Part shown: one piece after another, positions 38,735 to 45,818 of the stretch | How positions within the stretch are numbered: the stretch's first letter is position 1 | Layout: each line of letters begins with the position of its first letter | Source: a candidate division FCPU426 bacterium | GTDB lineage: Bacteria > Oederibacteriota > JAUXIB01 | Assembly (NCBI GenBank): GCA_030621225.1 | Contig: JAUXIB010000002.1 | Span: forward strand, 48-64,047 | Length of the DNA stretch: 64,000 nucleotides | Reading direction: 5' to 3' | The notes under the pieces: model-generated | Database searches by the model: none | What the model was told of the DNA's origin: nothing | Seen by the model: the letters and a program-made list of their open reading frames with translations, nothing else | Made by a program: the position numbers and the translations under genes

Positions 38735-38865
38735 ATCGAAAGAAAAATCCCCGGGCTAACCCTGAACCATTTGCACGTTTACCGCGCACCGTGCCGAATG
38801 GCACTGGTGCATGGCTCAGATTCATGGCTAACGCTCGTGCGTTTTTGTTCCGATCAGCCTGTGTA

Positions 38866-40071
38866 TTACTGCTTACGGAATAACCCCAAGTCCTCCCGCG
38901 GCACCTGTTTGCGATACTCATCCCTCAAGATCTTAAGCAGTTGCTCGCGTTTTGTATAAAGACGGCGCAAAGGACGCTTTTTAGCCAGGGCCAGCGCGCA
39001 ATGCGTGAGCATCGGTAAAGCCACAGTAGAATCAAGATAGCAAACCACCGCGTCAGGCAGTTTTTCCGGATCGACCTTGCCCCAGGAAACGGCCTCATGC
39101 GGCGTGGCCCCTGAAAGGCCGCCCGTATCCGGCCGGGCATCGGTGAATTGGAGAAAATAATCGTGGCCGATATCAGGAATGTGCAGCATCTCCTGGATAT
39201 ATGGTTCGGTCTGCAGAATAAAGTTTTTAGGACTGCCGCCGCCCACCATCACTACCGCCGACTTTCCCCGTTTAGCCTGCTTAGCGCCATAGACGATAGC
39301 CGAAGTTTCGTTAACATCAATAAAGGGATCCAAGCAGAGTTTTGAGCCGATCAGTTTCTCCCCCGCCGCTATCATACCGATAGCCGAGTCTCCCGGTGAA
39401 GAAGTATAAACCGGCAATTTAACGCGATAGGCAGCCGCCAAAAGCGAAGCTCCCTTAACCCCCATTTCACGCTCCCAGCGGTCCGCGCAGCCACCGAGAA
39501 TATAATGCAGTTCCGCGGTACCCATCGTCTTCTGGGCCGCGCTGGAACGCAACGCCTGCTTGACCTTGACGTCAGTAGCACAAAGGCAATCCAGATAGCC
39601 AAGTAAGATATCATAGATGCGCACCACGCCGTTTTTACGCAGGTCACGGTCATCCACCCGGTGCGAGCCAGCATAAAGCTCTAGATCAAGCGCGAAATGT
39701 AGATCATGATAAAGGTTGGCTCCTGTAGAGACGATCCAGTCAACCATTCCCTTCTCGATCAAGGGAACCAGACAGGACTTGCCCAGTCCCGCCGGAGTCA
39801 GCGCGCCGGCCAGGCTCATACCCACAGTGACATCCGGCTTGAGCATTTTCTCAACGAACAGACTGCATCCCTCGCGCAAACGCGCCGAATTGTAGGCCAA
39901 GAAGGTCTGCTCGATGAGTTCCGCGGCCTTCTCCCTGCCGGTAATCGCCGGGGGCATGATACGCTTGCCTCTAAGATAAAGCTTCTTACGCGAATGCTTC
40001 TCGCCCCGCATCCACTTAGGCATCTCCTCAACGCCTTTTTTCACCAGAGCCTTGCGCTTCTTTTTGTTCAT
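38866..40071 (-). CDS. deoxyhypusine synthase family protein (homospermidine-synthase-like)
   Basis: 401 aa. GALTPAGLG and STGANLYHD motifs and a C-terminal SWGK region, typical of the DHS fold. Confidence 0.8.
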   Translation of the reverse strand: MNKKKRKALVKKGVEEMPKWMRGEKHSRKKLYLRGKRIMPPAITGREKAAELIEQTFLAYNSARLREGCSLFVEKMLKPDVTVGMSLAGALTPAGLGKSCLVPLIEKGMVDWIVSTGANLYHDLHFALDLELYAGSHRVDDRDLRKNGVVRIYDILLGYLDCLCATDVKVKQALRSSAAQKTMGTAELHYILGGCADRWEREMGVKGASLLAAAYRVKLPVYTSSPGDSAIGMIAAGEKLIGSKLCLDPFIDVNETSAIVYGAKQAKRGKSAVVMVGGGSPKNFILQTEPYIQEMLHIPDIGHDYFLQFTDARPDTGGLSGATPHEAVSWGKVDPEKLPDAVVCYLDSTVALPMLTHCALALAKKRPLRRLYTKREQLLKILRDEYRKQVPREDLGLFRKQ

Positions 40072-40167
40072 ATCTTATCTCGCGGAATCACAGAGTATCT
40101 TATACATATGATATGGAAACGGCGATTATATAGTATCTTCCCTTAAACATCAACAGGTCATGCGTTT

Positions 40168-40257
40168 CGTAGCTCGTAGCTCAACACTAGTCGTTAGTAT
40201 TTAGTCGTTAGTATTTGGTCGCCGACTAAATACCAGATACCAACGACTAACGACCAG
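40168..40257. repeat. heptad-periodic dyad element (largest example)
   Basis: TAGTCGT TAGTATT TAGTCGT TAGTATT TGGTCGC | CGACTAA ATACCAG ATACCAA CGACTAA CGACCAG (40188-40257), centred on GTCG-C-CGAC. Confidence 0.65.
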
Positions 40258-40301
40258 CCTGCTTTCCCCTGTCCAAGCAACAACATCCTACATACTCCGA
40301 A

Positions 40302-41069
40302 CTACGAACTATTTACCGCTCCATAAGGACGTTCCTTCTCGCCACCCACGATCACTTCGGCCTTGTCCCCCAAGCGTTGCCGTATCTCCTCCAACCGCCG
40401 GTGACTGACACGCTCAACCTGCTCTCCCGCCGGGCGGCTCACGGTATTCAGCTGGATTTTATCTGCGCTGATCGTTTCCAATAACGCCGCCAGCTTTTCG
40501 ATATGCTGATCAGAGTCATTGACCCCGGCCAGCAGGAATACCTCCAGCCATATCTCGCCACGGAAGACCAGCGAGAAATCACGCAGACCGGCTAAGATCC
40601 TGTCGTACTCGAGCGCCTCAAGCGGACGATTAATAGCCCGAAAGCTCTCCTCGTCCACCGCGTCCAGAGAAGGCAGCACTACATCAGCGCCCATCAACTC
40701 ATCCCGCACCTCGGGGCGGCAGAGCAAAGAGCCGTTGGTGATCACCGCCAGGGGAATCCCGCTACCCAATCCCTTGATCCCCTCGATTATCTTACCCAGC
40801 CGGCAGTTCAACGTCGGCTCTCCCGATCCCGACAGGGTCAGGTAATCCGCCTCGCCGCCCTTAGCGAGCCAGGACTTAACCTCACTGATTATCTCAGCGG
40901 CCGACACATATTCCCGGCGCTCTTGCGTAGTCTTAGCGGACGCGCCCAATTGACAATAAAGGCAGTTATAGGTGCAGGTCTTTAAAGGAACAAGATCTAT
41001 ACCCAAAGAGCGACCGAGTCTACTGGATTGAACAGGGCCAAAGAGATGTTTGTAATCGTTAGCGGACAT
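40302..41069 (-). CDS. radical SAM protein (function unassigned)
   Basis: CTYNCLYC (CxxxCxxC) cluster motif and a GSGEPTL glycine-rich SAM motif. 255 aa. Confidence 0.8.
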   Translation of the reverse strand: MSANDYKHLFGPVQSSRLGRSLGIDLVPLKTCTYNCLYCQLGASAKTTQERREYVSAAEIISEVKSWLAKGGEADYLTLSGSGEPTLNCRLGKIIEGIKGLGSGIPLAVITNGSLLCRPEVRDELMGADVVLPSLDAVDEESFRAINRPLEALEYDRILAGLRDFSLVFRGEIWLEVFLLAGVNDSDQHIEKLAALLETISADKIQLNTVSRPAGEQVERVSHRRLEEIRQRLGDKAEVIVGGEKERPYGAVNSS

Positions 41070-41254
41070 GGTTACTGGTTACTGGTTGTTGGTTGTTGGT
41101 GCGCCTCGCTTGCATTATTATACTACGGACAGGCGTGACATTTCATTTGTTTATTATTGCCTTGCTCGGTGAAAGCGCGAGGCTGCTTCCGCGTACCGCC
41201 CCAACTTGAAGTACCAAAATGGCACTTCAAGTTCGCAAACTCCTTTGCAGTTAA

Positions 41255-41293
41255 GAGAAAAAAGAAAAGGCTCTCACATATTGTGACAGCCTT
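41255..41293 (-). terminator. rho-independent terminator closing the tRNA transcription unit
   Basis: Minus strand reads AAGGCTGTCAC-AATAT-GTGAGAGCCTT (10/11 pairs) followed by TTCTTTTTTCTC. Confidence 0.6.
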
Positions 41294-41340
41294 GCGCGTG
41301 TGCCTATAACCTAAACTTGATCAGCTAGAGTCTGTCGCCC

Positions 41341-41500
41341 TCACACTCCCTCTGGGTCGCAGGTTCGTTTTATATATAAAAAGCCCTACTTCTCGCTTCT
41401 ACTTTTCCTGGCCAGCCAAGCGACTCATAAAACGCAAAGCTGGCTGGCCATGAGCGAGCGGCAGCGAGTCGAATGGTGGGCCCCGCAGGACTCGAACCTG
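41341..41500 (-). repeat. 160-bp direct repeat, distal copy, ending in a 27-nt tRNA 3'-end fragment (41474-41500)
   Basis: About 7 mismatches over 160 bp versus 41620-41779 by manual alignment. Contains TGGTGGGCCCCGCAGGACTCGAACCTG, which is the T-loop to CCA of the tRNA. Confidence 0.85.
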
Positions 41501-41619
41501 ATCCCGTCGGATCTCTCGCTCCTCCCCATAGGGGGAGTCCCCCCTCTGGTGGTCGGGCGCTAGAAAACGTCTTTGCGCCCTCCCAGTCACCCCCCACATC
41601 GTGAGGGAGCGCTTCTCCC

Positions 41620-41779
41620 TCACACTCCCTCTGGGTCGCAGGTTCGTTTTATATATAAAAAGCCCTACTTCTCGCTTTCGCTTTTTCTGGCCAGCCAAGC
41701 GACTCATAAAACGCTGAGCTGGCTGGCCATGAGCGAGCGGTAGCGAGTCGAATGGTGGGCCCCGCAGGACTCGAACCTG
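41620..41779 (-). repeat. 160-bp direct repeat, proximal copy (133-bp tRNA trailer plus the last 27 nt of the intact tRNA)
   Basis: See the distal copy. Period 279 bp. Internal hairpin GGCCAGCC...GGCTGGCC. Confidence 0.85.
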
Positions 41780-41830
41780 CGACCCGCTGATTATGAGTCA
41801 GCTGCTCTAACCAAGCTGAGCTAGGGGCCC
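41753..41830 (-). tRNA. tRNA with CAU anticodon (elongator Met or lysidine-modified Ile2; the acceptor stem resembles E. coli ileX), CCA encoded
   Basis: rc = GGGCCCCTAGCTCAGCTTGGTTAGAGCAGCTGACTCATAATCAGCGGGTCGCAGGTTCGAGTCCTGCGGGGCCCACCA. Perfect 7/4/5/5-bp cloverleaf stems, loop CU-CAU-AA, discriminator A. Confidence 0.93.
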
Positions 41831-42334
41831 GAAACTTTCGCTTGGCGAAAGTTTCAGAACAGGTGAATAGGCGAGCAGGTGAACAGGTGATGTTTCCGAG
41901 CCTAATCACCTGTGGTCTCCTGCTCTCCTGTCTCCTGCTCCGTTGACTTTACCGCGCTGCAACCAATCACAGAGCCCCCCCGCTTGGCTGCTCACAAGCA
42001 GACGGGGGGGCGGTCTAATCTCGATTTTCGATTCTCGTCTGTTCTACTGCTCTCCTGCTCCAAAAAACTTAATCCAAATACTCTTTCAGCCTTCAGCTTC
42101 GGGCGAAAAAACACCAAATGTGCCAGCTTTTATGACAGACGTGTAATTATACCAAGTTTTCCATCTCAGTTCCACTTTAGTTAGCAATGTTCAGTACGGG
42201 CTTCCGCAACCAACTATACTCCAAAACTTCAGGGTAAAAGATTAAAAGTCCTGGACAGAAATTTCCGAGAATTTTATCTAGGCCTTTCTTGCTTTCTGGG
42301 GCATATCTGCTTGTTGCCTTTCGCCAAACTCTTA

Positions 42335-43956
42335 CCCCAAAAACGAAATAGAGCACAAAAAGCTGAGGTCGGCGAGGAACAACGTGCCAGGGGACTGTTG
42401 ACCAACGGGTGGACATCCAGAGATTGTGTAAGCAGAGCCATCGCCGGGGTAAAAAAAGGCGATGGGCGGTTGAAGGCGTAGCATCCCCTTGTTCGATTGA
42501 CTTGTCTCAAGGATATTCTAGCGGTGGATTCAAGTAGCCGGAGGGGAGCAAATAAGTGGTATCGCTTCGCGCAGCGGCAGCAGTAATTTGAAGGAACGAC
42601 GGGAGAGGTTCAAGAACAGCTGTCTGGCGTGAGTAACTACTTTGCCAGCGATAAAAATCAGCTGCCAGCGCAAGGTGGTGATGGTCTTCTTGATCCAGTC
42701 GCCTTTAAGCACGAAGCGTTTGACGGCAACGGAGAGGTTGTAAGCGATGACGCCGAGGCGGAAGTAAGCGGCGTTGGCGGCGAGTTCCTGGGTGGGAGTG
42801 TATTCTAGTCCGAAGCCGCTTTTCAATTCCTTGTGATAGTTCTCGCTGCTTCCTTTTTGGTTGTGGAAGTGGATCAGCTCTTGCGCGTCGCGCTCGTAAT
42901 CGTTGGTGGCGATGACGTAGTAGCGGTACTTGTATTCATCAAACAATGATGTTTGCTTGCCCTGACATCTTTGGACGATGAGCGTGAAGGATTCTTCGGT
43001 TTTGTTCATGGTATGGACGGTCGTCGCGTATTCTCGGTCGGTCTTGACGCCGTGTCGATCGTGGAGCGGTTGCCAGTCTTCGGCCGGGATGGCCGCTATG
43101 ATTGCTTTTACGGCGATATCCTGGTCAGCGGTGATAGTGAAAGCGATACCCCGCCGGAAGCATTCGTTGAATATCGCGGCCTGGTAAGCGGCGGAATCGG
43201 AGCGGAAGTAGCGTAGCTTTTTGCGCAGCTTTTTGAACAGTTTGTGTGTGTAAATCAACTGCTCCTTGATTCCTGTTTGAGGCGAGACATTCCCTGTCCG
43301 GTAATCATCAACGACACATAAATCCAACTCCGGCAGGTAGCCTAAAAGTGCCGAGAAGCCATGAAACCCCTCGTAGTTCATCGGAGCATCCCCCTTTTTG
43401 CTCTCGGTCAGCGTCGCGTCAACGTCCAGCGTGAACTCTTCCGTTTCGCTGTGTTTGATTATCTCCGCGTTGAGATATTCCATTATCCGCAGCAGTCGGT
43501 TTAGGTTATCTTCCTCTCTCAACCACAGGGCGATAGCGTCGGGGGAAGGCACCCTTCTTATGCCGCACAACTTCAAGAGTCCGTTGTCATCTTTGATCTG
43601 CCGAATGTCCTCCATGAACCTGCCCCCGCCCAGGAACATCAACACGATGGACATTACGTAATCACGCGCTTGGATGCCGCGATTCGATCCGGGGCGCGGG
43701 AACAGTTGATCGATCTTTGACAACAGACCCATTGCTCGTGCCGCTTCAAAAAACACTACGAGGCCGCTCTTGGGTGTGATGCAGTCGGAGGTAATTTTTA
43801 GCTGGAAATCCTGCTGTGGCTGGTGTAGAGTGTCCATGGGTCGTTAATTCCTTTCTCACCCGTTGGGTGAAGTTTAATAATTGCCGTCCAGCTATTATTT
43901 TACAGGATTAACGGCCCTTTTTCTATTATTTGCGTTTTTCTATTTCGGATCTAGGG
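42335..43956 (-). mobile_element. IS1380-family insertion sequence, apparently intact (1622 bp)
   Basis: Terminal IRs CCCCAAAAACGAAATAGA (42335-42352) and rc(43939-43956) CCCTAGATCCGAAATAGA match 14/18 and start with CC. Flanking 5-bp direct repeat TCTTA at 42330-42334 and 43957-43961. Confidence 0.8.
42530..43837 (-). CDS. IS1380-family DDE transposase
   Basis: 435 aa. Collinear resemblance to ISEcp1-type transposases: N-terminal ...KSGLVVFFEAARAMGL, FTLDVDAT, RYFRSDSAAY, YYVIATN...HNQKGSSENYHKELKSGFGL. Confidence 0.88.
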   Translation of the reverse strand: MDTLHQPQQDFQLKITSDCITPKSGLVVFFEAARAMGLLSKIDQLFPRPGSNRGIQARDYVMSIVLMFLGGGRFMEDIRQIKDDNGLLKLCGIRRVPSPDAIALWLREEDNLNRLLRIMEYLNAEIIKHSETEEFTLDVDATLTESKKGDAPMNYEGFHGFSALLGYLPELDLCVVDDYRTGNVSPQTGIKEQLIYTHKLFKKLRKKLRYFRSDSAAYQAAIFNECFRRGIAFTITADQDIAVKAIIAAIPAEDWQPLHDRHGVKTDREYATTVHTMNKTEESFTLIVQRCQGKQTSLFDEYKYRYYVIATNDYERDAQELIHFHNQKGSSENYHKELKSGFGLEYTPTQELAANAAYFRLGVIAYNLSVAVKRFVLKGDWIKKTITTLRWQLIFIAGKVVTHARQLFLNLSRRSFKLLLPLREAIPLICSPPAT

Positions 43957-43969
43957 TCTTACCAAATTG

Positions 43970-43998
43970 TTGAAACAAAGTGTGAATTCTTGTATAAT
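43970..43998 (+). promoter_or_regulatory. near-consensus sigma70 promoter TTGAAA-17-TATAAT for the island R-M-like operon
   Basis: TTGAAA at 43970-43975, 17-nt spacer, TATAAT at 43993-43998. SD AAGGGA before ATG 44048. The -35 lies 14 bp from the IS end. Confidence 0.65.
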
Positions 43999-44047
43999 TA
44001 ACCTTGATAGATGCAACTAGATAACACACTTGTAAAGGGATTATCAA

Positions 44048-45190
44048 ATGGTTTACGCTTCGATTGATTCTCTACAGAAGGCACTCGCGAGTAGTGTCTT
44101 TTCTTATGCAAAAGATTCTAAAAAGGCATCTGGTCGCGCGTTGGGTACTCTCATTGAAGTTATCACATACTATCTGTTAAAAACTTGGAAATTAGAAAAT
44201 CATATTGCCATTGAAAGACCTCTTCCGGAATATCAGAATCCTGATATCACCCACAACGTCGAGTATTCCTTGCATCCATTTGATTCTCTACCTGATTTAG
44301 ATTTCAAAGAATCAGATCTACCTATTACCGCTCGAAAAGTATTTAAGTCCCTCAAAAAGGTAACGACAGTTGATACTCTGGGTAATCTTAAAACTAGCCA
44401 ACTCCTGTCGAGGGCCAAGATATTAAGAAATTCTTGTGTATTAGGCGATGTGAGCCAAGGATTTCTCCTCGCGACTCTTGCGTCTTTATCGGGTAAAGAT
44501 ATAAAAGTATCTGTTCGTCGTTTCTACAATGCGCCATTCGCCATTTTTGAATGTAAACGTGTCGGGATTGAGGAAGGTGTTCGCAAAGGTCCTCAAACGA
44601 TTGAAAAAGCGAAACAAGGAGCTTATGTCGCAAAATCCGTTTCAGCTCTTCAAAAGATTCGTCTTTCAAATGGCAAACTCGAAGGCATATTGCACAAATC
44701 AGATGGAACTCTCCTCCACAAACCCTATGGCACATTTGTACAACAAATTATCAATTCAAGTGATCGAGAACTGCTTAATCAATTTATCTTAACAGTTGGC
44801 GTTGTTAGCAACCATGGCAATTGGTTCACATCTGCAAATCTAAACAAAGAATTAAAAGTGTTAGCTCAATCTTACGATTGGTTGCTTTTTCTAACAGACA
44901 AAGGACTGTCTCAGTTTATTCAGAAATTGATTCTAAAACCAAGCAAGCAATACTTGCCCGTCCGAAAGGCTTTTCTTAATAGCTACAAAGGCAAAAGCGG
45001 CTCCAATCAATTCACAAAGGTCAAAATGAACCTTGAAGCAGATTCTCTTTTAAAAGAGTTTTTTAGACGTAATGTTATTTCGATTCACAAATGGTTTAAT
45101 GTTATAAGCCCGACTGGTAAAAAGTTATCCAAACTTCAGAAAGAGCTTCGAATTCTTACACGAAAGAATTGGAAAGACATTCGGTCATGA
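44048..45190 (+). CDS. hypothetical protein, putative restriction endonuclease (PD-(D/E)xK-like D...ExK)
   Basis: 380 aa, AT-rich. GKDIKVSVRRFYNAPFAIFECKR gives D-x17-E-x-K. The stop overlaps the methylase ATG (ATGA). Confidence 0.45.
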   Translation: MVYASIDSLQKALASSVFSYAKDSKKASGRALGTLIEVITYYLLKTWKLENHIAIERPLPEYQNPDITHNVEYSLHPFDSLPDLDFKESDLPITARKVFKSLKKVTTVDTLGNLKTSQLLSRAKILRNSCVLGDVSQGFLLATLASLSGKDIKVSVRRFYNAPFAIFECKRVGIEEGVRKGPQTIEKAKQGAYVAKSVSALQKIRLSNGKLEGILHKSDGTLLHKPYGTFVQQIINSSDRELLNQFILTVGVVSNHGNWFTSANLNKELKVLAQSYDWLLFLTDKGLSQFIQKLILKPSKQYLPVRKAFLNSYKGKSGSNQFTKVKMNLEADSLLKEFFRRNVISIHKWFNVISPTGKKLSKLQKELRILTRKNWKDIRS

Positions 45191-45777
45191 CTGCTGGCAG
45201 AACAGTAAATTCCAAGAGTCACGATTGGGGCACTCCTTTAAAATACGTCCAAGCAGTTAAGGAAGTATTTAATGGTTCAATAGACCTTGATCCTTGCTCT
45301 AATAAACACTCCATCGTAAATGCCAACACAGAATACATATTACCCAAACATGATGGGTTAACCGAATCATGGGATTTCAAGACAATCTATATAAATCCCC
45401 CATATGGGTCAGATCGTTCTAAAGGTACCACAATCAAAAACTGGCTCAGACGCTGCAATGATGCTCATAAGAAATATGATTCTGAGATACTAGCTCTAGT
45501 CCCAGTCGCCACTAATACTACTCACTGGAAGTATTATGTATGGGGACAGGCAACAAGTATATGCTTCTTATACGATACAAGGTTGCGTTTTCTAATCAAT
45601 GGGAAGGATGTTGGGAAGGGAGCACCAATGTCATGTGCTATGATTTATTGGGGATCGAATTATAATAAGTTCTTTGAAGTCTTTAGACAATTCGGCGCCA
45701 TCGTTGACATACAAGCACTTCACAAGCTTGATATGGGCAGTGGGAAGATACTGCAAACGGCACTATTTGAAGAATAA
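45187..45777 (+). CDS. DNA N6-adenine methyltransferase, phage Dam family (PF05869-like)
   Basis: HDWGTPLKYV..., LDPCS, DGL..W, catalytic IYINPPYG, LVPVATNTTHW. ATG 45187 overlaps the upstream stop; the track start 45169 is also possible. Confidence 0.85.
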   Translation: MTAGRTVNSKSHDWGTPLKYVQAVKEVFNGSIDLDPCSNKHSIVNANTEYILPKHDGLTESWDFKTIYINPPYGSDRSKGTTIKNWLRRCNDAHKKYDSEILALVPVATNTTHWKYYVWGQATSICFLYDTRLRFLINGKDVGKGAPMSCAMIYWGSNYNKFFEVFRQFGAIVDIQALHKLDMGSGKILQTALFEE

Positions 45778-45818
45778 TCTTAATTATCTTCTTGAATGCA
45801 ACCCAACAGTCCTCTGGT

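Noticed and set aside
41474-41619. Second tRNA, split tRNA or tmRNA-like gene built on the 27-nt tRNA 3' fragment.
   Set aside because: The upstream sequence provides no matching 5' acceptor strand (GGGCCCC), D-arm or anticodon arm. The first T-stem pair is also broken (T versus G). It is a fragment only.
41370-41909. Three overlapping minus-strand ORFs (75, 102 and 86 aa) over the tRNA and its trailer repeats.
   Set aside because: They read through a tRNA gene and duplicated non-coding DNA. Their similarity to each other only reflects the 160-bp repeat.
42402-43866. 10-bp inverted repeat CCAACGGGTG / CACCCGTTGG as alternative IS termini.
   Set aside because: Its flanks (TTGA versus GTGA) do not form a clean TSD, and the implied 1465-bp size is short. 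The outer 18-bp IRs with a perfect TCTTA TSD explain the element better. This pair may be a subterminal site.
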